NCBI RefSeq assembly: GCF_001194135.2
Contig: NC_068982.1
Location: forward strand, 11,899,991 to 11,937,748
DNA length: 37,758 bases
Direction: 5' to 3'
DNA from: Octopus bimaculoides
Taxonomy: Eukaryota
The position numbers and the translations under genes were made by a program. A model generated the notes under the pieces. The model was not told where the DNA came from. It searched no databases and saw only the letters and a list, made by a program, of their open reading frames with translations. Of this stretch, positions 11,885 to 23,018 are shown piece after piece; positions within the stretch are counted from its first letter, which is position 1, and each line of letters starts with the position of its first letter.

Positions 11885-13010
11885 NTCTTTACTAAAATAC
11901 ATCTGGGTATATCATTAACAAATCATTGGTGTGTTATTATTCACTTTTAGAAAACAAGATTTTCTTCTGAGAGAAAACCTATCTTAATATTTACTTAATT
12001 AGGCAGCTGTGATTACAAAATGTGATCTTGAAACTCATTCTTCTAGCGTATGAATTTTAAAATCCATTTCTCTTTGAGAAATAAAGCTTCTTTAGGAAGA
12101 ATTTTCTGATTAATTACCTCATATTAATTAGGAAATAGTAAAGTTCAAACAAATGTGTTTCTGAATATTTTTTTTTTTTTTACCTTAAATGGATCAAATA
12201 ATTTGAAAAGTAATATTTTTAACATTGATTAAATATAGTTTTGGAGGATTTGCAAATTGGCAAGAATGTAAATTAACTTATTGAAATAATCATTTTATGC
12301 CTAGAACTATGGTGCTTAGGACTGCTGACAAAAAAGTACAATAGTTTAGAACAGGCATAGGCAACCATGGCCCTGTAGGACTTAATGAATGGCATGCCTC
12401 ATGAAAAATTACTTTGAATTTCTTTTGTAGTGCTGTCAGCTTGATGATGAGTCATGTCTCATGTGGCCTGCTTCTCAAAAACGGTTGCCTATCCTTGATT
12501 TGGAATAATTTTACTAATACACCAATCTGTTAGTATGTCCTTCAGACTTTGTTTTAGAAAACATCAAGTAGAGAATATTGATAAAATTTTCATAATACTT
12601 CATTTAATCATCAGAAAAATGATTATGTTGGAAATGTCATTAAAAGTTTAGGCTGTTACTATATACAGTTTACAATGATTGAAATGAAGATATTTTTGAG
12701 CTTTTAGGTTTTTAAAGAATAAAAACCTTGTTGATTCTTAATATAATCATGTAATCTCTAAGGAAAAAAAAACCCTAGAAGTGTATAAGCATTAATTTCT
12801 TTTGTAGAATACATTTGAGGAAAGTGCCTAGAATAACAGGCTTTTAGAAACAAACGTTGAAGCATCTTTATATAATTTCAAATGTATAATTGAGGCATAG
12901 ATTGTTTTACATATATACATGCATGTATGTATGTATTTTGTTTACAAAATTAACTGACTGTGACGTTTTTCCCCCTCCATTTGTAAAGAGGTTTTGTGTC
13001 TCTAACCATT

Positions 13011-13072
13011 TCTGTCTGATGAGTTGCCTGTACGGCTGAGAACTTTACAGGTGCGAAACCAACGGTCACTCT
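13011..13072 (+). ncRNA. hammerhead ribozyme-like motif (type I; core intact, stem I degenerate)
   Basis: CTGATGA 13016-22; stem II GTTGCCTGTA/TACAGGTGC; GAAAC 13055-59; stem III ACC-AAC-GGT; GTC triplet 13065-67. Stem I has only 2 bp (GT/AC). Confidence 0.6.
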
Positions 13073-13098
13073 CTGACCAGCTATAACCACCTCTAAAG

Positions 13099-13218
13099 TT
13101 TTTGGTTGGCTTGAAGCTATAGTAGAAGACACTTGCCCAAGGTGCCACGCAATGGGACTGAACCTGGAACCATGTGGTTGGGAAGCAAGCTTCTTACTAC
13201 ATAGCCATTCCTGCACCT
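13099..13218 (-). mobile_element. SINE family A, 5' part
   Basis: TAGAAGACACTTGCCCAAGGTGCC...GGGACTGAACC...CCTGCACCT. Confidence 0.85.
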
Positions 13219-13885
13219 GTATATATTCCTTTATTTCAAATAAAAACAGTTATTTATTCTTCATATGCCATTCTATGAGTCTTCCATTTCTTGTTAATGC
13301 CCTCTTTTCCTCTATAATCTTGATTTCATGTCAAGAAGAACTAACCAGGAAGAAATGTAATGGCAGCTGTGATGTGAAAACAGTAAGTTTATGGAATAAT
13401 TACATGATAAAATGCCATTACATTATCATTTGGACAATATTTCTAAATAGTAAGAGTGATATTGTAGAGAAGGAAACCAATCACAAAAAGAGTTCAGTTC
13501 TTGATAATTTATGTGCAAAACATTATTTTACATTATTACTTTATAAATTATTTTATGTGTCCTTATATTGGTGTATGTATGGCTGTGTTAAGAAGCTACT
13601 ATTATATTGTGGCAGTATTCCACGTCTTGTTATCTCTGACTCATCTATCATGCTATCGCAGAAAGCTCCACAAGACAATGACTTCGAAACATTTATCTTG
13701 ATGGTAACTCAAACTCGTATACATCACGTAATTGACACTGACTCCAACTGAGAAACTCATACAATGACTCTACTACTACTGACTGACTTCTCTGCAATGA
13801 CTGACTTTATAGTGGCTGTGTCATACCACTTTGCCATGTGGGAAGGGGTGTATCCAATACTGGATTAACCATGAAACAAAATAAG

Positions 13886-13972
13886 CAATAGGTGAAAATC
13901 CACAAAGTAGAAAAAGTACTGCACTGTATATTTTAAAAAATTATTTTTATAATTTGTATATACTTTATTTTG
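13886..13972 (+). mobile_element. internal fragment of Tigger/pogo-like MITE
   Basis: AATAGGTGAAAATCCACAAAGTAGAAAAAGTACTGCACTGTATATTTT matches 28364-28415 of the intact copy. Confidence 0.65.
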
Positions 13973-14122
13973 TTTTTGGATTTGGTTTGCAAGATTCTTT
14001 ATGTGAGTTTGTGTGTTGAAGCATATTCTGTTGTGTCTGGGGAGAGTCATTCTCTTTTAGTGCCTTATAATTTAACACACTCACCGGTACAATTTCCACT
14101 CATTTACTTATTTATTTTTCTG

Positions 14123-14270
14123 AAATTTTCATTGCGTCCTGCAGCCTTTTCAATAGTTGTTGACTCTGTCTGTTATTGAAGCTGCACACAAACAAACAAA
14201 AAGAACACAGCTTGACTAACAGACAGTGTCAACAACTATTGGAAAGGTTGCTGGACGCAATGAAAATTTT
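14123..14270. repeat. inverted repeat with 53-bp arms (14123-14175 / 14217-14270)
   Basis: AAATTTTCATTGCGTCCTGCAGCCTTTTCAATAGTTGTTGACTCTGTCTGTTA versus the reverse complement AAATTTTCATTGCGTCCAGCAACCTTTCCAATAGTTGTTGACACTGTCTGTTA. Confidence 0.9.
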
Positions 14271-14650
14271 ACCTAGGGCACCAAGTCAGTAGTTGGGGTG
14301 GATGCTCTGAAGGTGTAGCTGCTAGAATAAGAATAGCCTGGGCAAAGTTCAGAGAGCTCCTACCTCTGCTGGTGACAAAGGGCTTCTCGCTCAGAGTAAA
14401 AGGTGGACTGTTTGACACATGTGTACGAACAGCCATGCTACATGGCAGTGAAACATGGGCAGTGACTGCTGAGGACATGCGTAAGCTTGCATGGAATGAA
14501 GCCAGTATACTCCACTGGATGTGTAATGTCAGTGTGCATACAAGACAGTGTGTAAGTGCCCTGACAGAAAAGTTGGATTTAAGAAGAGTCAGATGTGGTG
14601 CGCAAGAGAGATGACTGCACTGTTATGGTCATGCGTTGCAAATGAATGAG
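14267..14650 (+). pseudogene. RTE-clade LINE reverse transcriptase C-terminal fragment
   Basis: FYLGHQVSSWGGCSEGVAARIRIAWAKFRELLPLLVTKGFSLRVKGGLFDTCVRTAMLHGSETWAV...ER*LHCYGH. The YLG, RI-AW-KF, ML-GSETW and RL-W-GH motifs are typical of RTE. Contains an in-frame stop. Confidence 0.9.
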
Positions 14651-15347
14651 GGCAATGACAGTGCCGCTTGATTGGCACTCGTGCCAGTGGAACGTTAAAA
14701 GTACATCTTAGCATGATCGTTGCATGATCGTTGCCAGAGCCACGGATTGGCTCCTGTGCTGGTGGCACGTGAAAAGCACCATTTGAGTGTAATCATTGCC
14801 AGCGTCGCCTTACCGGCACATGAAAAACAACATTCAAGCGTGGTCATTGCCAGTACTGCAGGGAGTATGTAAAAAACACCTTTTGAGCGTGGTCGTTGCC
14901 AGAACCGCCTGACTAGCGAGCTGGTAGAAACGTTGGAATGCCGGGTGAAATCCTTAGCAGTATTTCGTCTGCTGTTACGTTCTGAGTTCAAATTCCGCTG
15001 AGGTCGACTTTGCCTTTCATCCTTTCGGAATCGATAAATTAAGTACCAGTTATGCACTGGGGTCGATGTAATCAAGTTAATCCCTTTGTCTGTCCTTGTT
15101 TGTCCCCTCTATCTTTAGCACCTTGTGGGCAATAAAGAAATAAGAACCACCTGACTGGCCCCCGTGCCAATGTCACATAAAAGCACCCACTACACTCTTT
15201 GAGTGGTTGGCATTAGGAAGGGCATCCAGCTGTAGAAACTCTGCCAGATCAGATTGGAGCCTGGTGTAGCCATCTGATTTCACCAGTCCTCAGTCAAACT
15301 GTCCAACCCATGCCAGCATGGAAAGTGGACGTTAAACAATGATGATG
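14651..15347 (+). mobile_element. 3' UTR of the same RTE copy, interrupted by a SINE
   Basis: AAAAGCACC units, then the AGGAAGGGCATCCAG tail and (GAT)n at about 15340. Confidence 0.8.
14914..15142 (+). mobile_element. full-length SINE family C with target-site duplication
   Basis: Flanked by AGAACCGCCTGAC (14901-13) and AGAACCACCTGAC (15143-55). A/B-box-like head with GAGTTCAAATTCC. Confidence 0.9.
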
Positions 15348-15380
15348 AAATAAGTAAATGAATGGACATTTTACAGGTGA

Positions 15381-15491
15381 TTGTATATACCTATTTTATT
15401 ATAAATGCAAAACAACACCACAGATGAATCGACGCAAGCTTAAATAATAAACCGTGATAGGTGAACCACGATATGGTAAGGGATTACTGTA
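15381..15491 (+). mobile_element. right half of Tigger/pogo-like MITE with TIR
   Basis: ATAAATGCAAAACAACACCACAG...GATAGGTGAACC...GGGATTACTG-TA matches 28440-28533. Confidence 0.75.
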
Positions 15492-17125
15492 CATCACTCT
15501 TATATATTAATATGATGGTACCAGATTTGTTTTTAGTTATTCATATTGATACAAATGAACAACATATTTGTTGTTGATTAAATCAAGGCTAGTCCTGCTC
15601 AAACAGATTAATAATCAAAGATATCACAACTATGGTGATCATGGGATTATTTGAGAGAAATTTGACTATTGTTTCTAGAAGCAACCACAAAGAGGCATCA
15701 TTATTAGTTCTGCTTTAAAGTCTATTGTGTTGGCTTATCTGAAATAGCAGTTTCTGATATTTTCCTTTTTTTAGTACCTTTGCTCATGTAAATTATTATT
15801 GTCCTTACATTTTGTTCTATCTGTTATAGAATCTATTCTTTCTTTTGATTTTTGATTATTAAAATGGAAATTACTCTGGAAAGAAGCAATGATTAAGCGG
15901 AATGGTAAAAAGAAAAAATAAATAAATAAATAAACCTACTGTGTTTCAAGTAATCTTCTAAATCAGAATCTTTAGGTTCCAATTATTGTCACCTGTGAAA
16001 TTCTGTGCCAAGAATATCATCAATTTAGCTTTTTGCCGGTTCTAAATGAAGCCTATTCTGCTTGTACAGAATAGAAATTGTTAGTGCTAAGAAATTATTT
16101 AACAATCCACATATAAAATGTATTCAGACATTATAGCATACACAGAATTATCTATTGGTTTATGTAAAATAATTTTCGTTTTATTGCTGAACATGTATAA
16201 GCCTTGAGGAGATTCTTAATATCTTTAGAACGTTCAATATAAATGTTTGATCAATAAGTGCGGAAACGCTAAAAGGATTAAGTTTCTTTACTTTGAGATT
16301 TGAAGTACTTGAGAAATTTGGAATAGAATGTTGTTGTTTTCTTTTCTTCAAATTATTTATGCTGCTTGTCAGAATCTATGATGAAAATAATTCTATAGAG
16401 AGTAGTGTTGCATTAACTCTACACCTATGTAGTTTAATTTAGTATTCCTTTGTAATAGTCCTCTGAAATTTGAACAAAGGACAGCAAGTGTTATCAATTA
16501 TGGTATCAAAGAATCATAACATAGTAAGAATATTACAAAGCAGGATATAAATATAGAGCAGCATATGAAAGATTTCGAAAATGAACAATAGAATATCTAT
16601 AACAATCAGTTGATTGTATCAGTGCTTAAAGAAGAAACAAAATGTAATAAATTTACGTGATAATCCAAGTTTACTGATAATACTCGACAAGGCTTCTACG
16701 TTGATGAGATTTTAATTTGATCCTTCTTCTTTTACACAAAGGAAATAACCAAATATCTAAATTCATTTCTTAAAGTGTATAGTTTCATGTTAAAATGGCA
16801 CTGCTACAAGGAATTGTTGTTAAATGTTGTAAATTGTGGTATTTGGTAATGAAATAAGAACCTGGTTCAGTGTATGCAAATTTATGTAAAGTGTTGAGTC
16901 ATATTTAGTTTTATTTTGTAAAGTTAAGCTTTTTCTATTAATTGCCATGAAGCTGTACTGGTGTTTATTACTTAATTAGCAAGACACGAGATGTCATGCA
17001 ATGGCCATGATCAAATTAAAAATCAATAGACATCTGATTTGCATGTTTATCACTGATTCAACATAAGTGGCATCCTTAAAATATTGTTTCTCTATGATTT
17101 CTACTGCCGTACACCATACACACAT

Positions 17126-17563
17126 ATATTCTATTCTACTCTAGGCACAAGGCCTGAAATTTTTGGGGGAAGGGGACCAGTTGATTAGATCGACCCATTA
17201 TGCAACTGGTATTTAATTTAGCAACCCCGAAAGGATGAAAGGCATAGCTGACCTTGGCAGAATTTGAATTCGGAATGTAAAGCCAGACAAAATACCGCTA
17301 AGCATTTCACCTGGCATGCTAATGTTTCTTATTTCTTTACTGCCCACAAGGGGCTACACACAGAGGGGACAAACAAGAACAGACAAATGGATTAAGTAGA
17401 TTATATCAACCCCAGTGCATAACTGGTACTTATAGAATCGATCCTGAAAGGATGAAAAGCAAAGTCGACCTCGGCGGAATTCGAACTCAGAATGTAGCGG
17501 CAGATGAAATATCGCTAAGCATTTCAACTGGCGCGCTAACATTTCTGTCAGTTCGCCGCCTTC
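17126..17563 (-). mobile_element. SINE family C doublet
   Basis: Same two tail variants, order and junction (GCTAA(C/T)GT|(TT)CTTATTTCTTTA) as 5565-5998. Confidence 0.85.
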
Positions 17564-20500
17564 ACACACACATATATTACATCAGGACATAATATTAATT
17601 CATCTTTCTTATCTTTTTAAATATCAATACCAGCTATTTATGCCACTTAAGGTACATACACATCCTTATATTTATTATCTAATCCTCAGCTGCAGAGTTC
17701 CAAGCTGCACTGCAAACCGTTCCTTATAGATTTATCATATCGTAAACAGTAATGCCTTTTACTAACTGACATTATGTTTCAGAATAGATATTATAGTTCT
17801 GGTTACAGAAATCTAGCTAGAATAGTGCAAACCACACATGCTTTAGAGTGACAGGGCTAAATAACAGCCACTTACAAGGAAACCTTTACATACATTCAAA
17901 ATTCACTTTTGAGAATAATAAAATGTTGATTGATTTGAAAAATTTTTAATAGGATTCTGTTTTGAGATTGAAGCACAAATGAAAATCCTCTTAATTCTAA
18001 TTGGTTATCAACTATTTGAGAAGGAATTCTCATCTGAAAAAGTGCCTGTTTCTAAGGGAAGACAATAATGTTATCTGACATGTAGCATAAAATAATCAGC
18101 AGCCAATATCTCCTTCTTTTGAGATATAATATAGAAGGAAATAGTAATCAACTAATAAAACATTGAAAAATATAATCAATATTTTAATACAATCAGCACC
18201 AACAATCCATATAAAATTAAATCAATATTAAAATAATCAATGCTTTAAATGAATATAAAATACAATAATTATTGAAGCCAATACAAACTTGCATTCAATA
18301 CAGGAAGCCACTATGGTATCAATATAAAAATATTATACAAGTATCATCAATAGCAAAAATTGATAATTCATTATTAGCAATACCAAAAATCAATAAAAAA
18401 GTTTGTTGACACAGGAATTTAATTTCATGTCATGAAGTTGAGAGTGTTGTCATGTAAGATGGTTATTTTAATGTCAGGTATCCTTTACATAAGAGTTGAA
18501 AAATAGATGCAAGGAAATACAAGGAAAGTAGTTGAACTGTTAAAACAATAGCTAAGTTAGTGTTGACTTATCTAAGATAGCAAACATTAGAAAATCTAAC
18601 TAAAAATGATTATGTGGGGAGTATAAAAGCTAGTATTAATTAATGATTAATATTATTTTCAGTTTTTTTGGTAACGAGAGAAAACTCTGGATATGCATTG
18701 CTTCTTTGGAATGGCACCATGATAATAAAATTCAGAATGAATTAATAGAGATCAGAAGACATGTTCTCAAAGACTTTCAATGATGGACTTTTATATTTAT
18801 GAATATGAATTTAAATTATGCTTGAAAGCATTAAGTAGAAATTAAAGTATCACTTATTAAAAATTTATTGTTCATTTTGAGATTAATGACAGCTTGTCAG
18901 AATTGAAATATTTACAAAGTATTCTGTAAAGTAGATTTTCTTTTCTTATTTAGACTTGCAATTCATGGTTATAGTTTTGTTTAAAAACATAAGACCAGTA
19001 ACTTAATACAGTTTTTTTTTTTTTATCATGGTATGAATTTTTTTTTTTTTGGTGTAGTAAAACAGAAATTGCTAAATATTCTTGGCCAATTATGATAATA
19101 GTTTAGCTGTAGAGTACTGTGTAGAATGTTGCATCTGGAAAGTTATCAACAGTTCTGAATCCACATGTTGCAATAATTAACATAACTTTTTATTTCTCTG
19201 AAGAGGACAAAATAAACTCATTGGTATGTGTTGAGTTAGTCTGAGATTCATGGTATCTGCTAACTAACTGCTTCTGCAAATACTTTGGTGTTAGATGATT
19301 CTTTGAATCACTTAAATAATTAAAATAGGTGTCTAAGATTTCAGCACTCAAGAATTTTCAATAAATTTTATGTATATTTGCATCAAAGAGAAGCATTGTC
19401 TTCAACAATTAAGTGTACTATAACAATTAGATGCATTAATTTTATGTTTGTGGATAGTGATTTCTTTGAGTTTCATTTATACATTCTTTCAGATTCTGCT
19501 ATCTCTTCAGCCCTCTTATTGTCATTAATGGCTTTCCATGTGTCAGTTTTAATCCAATTCATCATTTGTTAATGATTCAACCATCCAATTATTCACTTCT
19601 CCTTTTTTCTCTTATTCTTTCTTTATTTGGTTTGCATCAGCTTATCTAGAAAATGTTTAATAATTATTAAATGCAAAAAATTACTTAACATTTTAAAACT
19701 GATTACATCAACTTACTTTAACTAAGTTAAATATCTTCTTCACATAATAACATTAAGATTAATCACTTTATCAAAGCTGAGGATCAGCAGGGGCTTGATT
19801 AGACAGATACCATACTACATTATGGTCATAAAATATTTGATTATGTGAGGGTTTACCAAAGGAACGTCAACTTCAGAATACTGTTCATACTTTTAATGTA
19901 AATAATTAAAGATTTTAAAATTCTCTTTCTAATTATTGTCACAATGTTGTTGGTACAGTAGTAAAAAAAAATTCATTGTTATAATAATCATAAATTTTTC
20001 TTAACAAATTCACTTAAAAGGAAATTTGTCTAAATTTGATACATAACATCTACTGAAACATTATAAACATTACAGATATATTAATCTTTATTGAATATTC
20101 TTGATTTTTATAGTATTAAAGGAATGAAATTTAAGTTTAAAATAAATTTTAATGCTAAATCTACTCATTTAGATCCTACTTTGAGATATCATTCTCCAAA
20201 AATATAAGACTTTTGAAGAATTGATAAGGTTAGGAAATATTTCCTGAAAATAATCTCTAAACAGATATGTTTTTGTTTTCAGTTTCTCATTTTTCCTGCT
20301 CCATCACTCTCCTTTAAATTCTCCTCATGAGAAATTATTAATATTTTCAAAGAGTGGTTTTATACTGAGTTAGTAAACTCTAAAATTAAATAGCGAAAAT
20401 AACAAACAACATAATGATATGCCTTGAAAATTAAATATTGCTAAAAATAATTGGAGGACATGTAAATTTAATCAATTTTCTCAGAATTATAATGAATAGA

Positions 20501-21214
20501 TGATACTCAATCTTTTATAAAGTCAAATATAAAAAAAAAAAAGACAAGTTATTGCAGATATATTGATCTAGAGATTTTAAATTATGCAGCAAATTCAGTA
20601 GAAAATAGCAGCATTAATGTTTGTTACATCATCATCACCATCGTCATCGTTCTTATCAGCATCACCATCACCAATAGGAAAGAAGAGTGTTGTGCAAACA
20701 ATGACGTTAATCATTTTAAATCAAATTCAAACACAAAGTCACTAATCTGAAGATATACTAGCAAAATAGAATAAACTCAAATTTTTTTTCAGTAATCCAG
20801 TTTCAATAAAGATTGGATAATAATTGTTTCCAATAATGAATTCAAAAAGTTTGGAATAATCTAGGGGAGATCTTTAATCAGACATGATGATGGACTTTCC
20901 TTCTTTTTTTGTTTTTTTTTTAACTTTTAGTGTGGAGATAATGCATTACCCATGACCTGGTAGGGGTGCATGAAGGATTCCTCAAACTGGATACCTGATC
21001 CAAATGCTTGCCAGCAAAGTGGATTCTAGGTTCCAGGTGGCGGGGTTAAACCGAGCAATGGATTAAGTCTACCCTGCTCCCCCTTGTAGGCCACAGTAGG
21101 ATCTGAACCCAGAATGCAGAGAGTTAGAACAAATACTGCATTGTACCTACCATGCAGGACCATCTTAGCAGCATTATGAACCCCCTGGCAAATCAATGCA
21201 CTGGATACTGCATA

Positions 21215-21636
21215 ATCATCCTTTAACATCTGTTTTCCATGCTGGCATGGGTTGGATGGTTTGACCATAGCTGGCAGGCTGCACTAGGTTTCAGTCTGAT
21301 TTGGTTTCTACAGCTGGATGCCCTTCCTAACATGAACCACTTTACAGAGTGTGCTAGGTGCTTTCATGTGGCCCTGCATGGGCACTTTTACATGGTACCA
21401 CACAGGTGCATTTACATGGCGCTTTTCTGTGGCACCACATGGGCACTTTTATGTGACACCACCAGAAGGACCTGTCTTAACACTTCTTCTGCGGAGTATG
21501 GGTCTTCTTGAGTAGAGCAAGATGCCAGGCATCTTAGTCCTTTGTCATCTTGTCTGAAAGCTTCAGCATCCTGAGGTTGTTCTTCAATACTTCATCCCAT
21601 GTTTCCCCACTTCCAGCAAGCCACTACATGCATTAG
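21215..21636 (-). mobile_element. RTE LINE 3' end (ORF C-terminus plus 3' UTR)
   Basis: Minus-strand translation TWDEVLKNNLRMLKLSDKMTKD*DAWHLALLKKT, then AAAGCACC units and the tail. Confidence 0.75.
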
Positions 21637-21689
21637 ACCATAATTAGGCCCCTAAGGCCCCAGTATTTCCATGCGTTAAGAAGGCACTG

Positions 21690-21815
21690 CTTATCTAATA
21701 TTCTTCCAATTCTACTAATCCACCACCCTGGACTAGTACTTATTATTATTAATGGGTAAAAAGTAAAAGTTGACCTTGGTGAGATTTGAACACTGACTGC
21801 TAAGTTGAAGCAAAC
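21690..21815 (-). mobile_element. diverged SINE family C fragment
   Basis: CCCTGGACTAGTACTTATT...AAAGTTGACCTTGGTGAGATTTGAAC. Confidence 0.55.
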
Positions 21816-21827
21816 ACTAAGAACTCC

Positions 21828-21872
<45 letters not shown>

Positions 21873-22021
21873 NNNNNNNNNNNNNNNNNNNNNNNNNNNN
21901 NNNNNNNNNNNNNNNNNNNNNNNNNNNNNNNNNNNNNNNNNNNNNNNNNNNNNNNNNNNNNNNNNNNNNNNNNNNNNNNNNNNNNNNNNNNNNNNNNNNN
22001 NNNNNNNNNNNNNNNNNNNNN
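21873..22021. other. assembly gap (N) within (TA)n
   Basis: Run of N. Confidence 1.
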
Positions 22022-22314
22022 TATACACACATATATATACATATCTAGCTATAATAGAAACATAATATCAATCTGTATCTTTTTGTTCAATGTCATTGAA
22101 ATTTTAGATTTATATTGAGTGGCTTTAAGCAATCATTTAATTTGTTTTGATTGAATTTGTATGTGTGTGTGTGTGTTTATAGCAGGGTTGATGTCCATGT
22201 TTATGTGTTGGATTCAACTTTGGTCGCAAAAAAGAAAAGCAAACAACCCCCCACCACAAAAAAAAAACATTGTGTTGTGCCAAAAACTATAACTTAATGA
22301 TTCAACAAATAGAT

Positions 22315-22415
22315 ATTGATAAAAATAGGCACAAGACTGAAATAAGTATCAGGATCATTGTGATCAATCATAAAGGTGGTGCTCCAGCATGGCCATTGTT
22401 CAATGACTAAAATCA
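22315..22415 (+). mobile_element. SINE family A 3' tail fragment
   Basis: AAGGTGGTGCTCCAGCATGGCC...ATGACTAAAATCAAGAGA. Confidence 0.6.
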
Positions 22416-22615
22416 AGAGAAAGAAAGAAAAAGGAATCCATACACTTATTTGTATGAGTATTTCTATGTTTAGAGATAGAATATTCTTTAGCTGTTCCAA
22501 CCGTGACCATCCTCCCTTTTTCAGACATATCTTATCCAGTTCTATATTTAAGAGATGAGGAATTATGTACATTATTTACATTCGACAGATATTTGTCCTT
22601 ATCTTGTTTGTTGTT

Positions 22616-22662
22616 AACACAACGTTTCCGGTTGATATACCCTCCAGCCTTCATCAGGTGTC
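22616..22662 (-). ncRNA. minimal type I hammerhead-like motif (left arm)
   Basis: GACAC-CTGATGA-A-GGCTG-GAGGGTATAT-CAACC-G-GAAAC-GTT-GTGTT. Stem II has one mismatch and there is one extra G. Confidence 0.6.
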
Positions 22663-22709
22663 TTGGGGAAATTTTGAACCTGGGTTCTCATTCCTAAAGT
22701 ATTTTTTGA

Positions 22710-22745
<36 letters not shown>

Positions 22746-22747
<2 letters not shown>

Positions 22748-22818
22748 TCATTGCCTGGAATTGAACTCGGAATCTTGGGGTTAGTAGCCCGCGCTCTTAA
22801 TCACTATGCCATATGCCC
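22746..22818 (-). other. tRNA-derived SINE head (not a functional tRNA)
   Basis: GGGCATATGGCATAGTGATTAAGAGCGCGGGCTACTAACCCCAAGATTCCGAGTTCAATTCCAGGCAATGACC has A-box, anticodon-arm-like and B-box segments, but the acceptor stem does not pair. Confidence 0.75.
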
Positions 22819-22869
22819 ACGGGCATATGGCGTAGTGGTTAAGATTGCGAGTTCGATTCCAGGCAGTGA

Positions 22870-22920
<51 letters not shown>

Positions 22921-22972
22921 CAACATTGAAAAATACTTTAGGGATGAGAACCCAGGTTCGAAATTTCCCCAA

Positions 22973-23018
22973 GACACCTGATGAATGCTGGAGGGTATAT
23001 CAGCCGAAACGTTGTGTT
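22973..23018 (+). ncRNA. minimal type I hammerhead-like motif (right arm)
   Basis: GACAC-CTGATGA-A-TGCTG-GAGGGTATAT-CAGCC-GAAAC-GTT-GTGTT. Stem I is GACAC/GTGTT and stem III is the palindrome AACGTT. G10.1 is substituted by T. Confidence 0.65.

Noticed and set aside
11243-11950. Long ORFs spanning N runs (also 4323-4739 and 21633-22065)
   Set aside because: Artefacts of assembly gaps and TA/CA repeats.
14464-14500. CTGAGGA-CATGC..GCATG-GAAT
   Set aside because: It lies in RTE coding sequence and has GAAT rather than GAAA. Chance match.
19490-19572. Hydrophobic C-terminal-like frame DSAISSALLLSLMAFHVSVLIQFIIC* after TTCTTTCAG
   Set aside because: Could be a GPI/TM terminal exon, but hydrophobic frames are common in T-rich DNA and there is no linked upstream exon.
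22746-22871. tRNA genes
   Set aside because: The acceptor stems do not pair and the sequences run into repeat bodies. They are SINE heads.
22870-22925. CRISPR-like or coding poly-N/poly-I/poly-L ORFs (22565-22981, 22781-22972)
   Set aside because: Simple (AAT)n microsatellite. No spacer-repeat array exists anywhere in the window.
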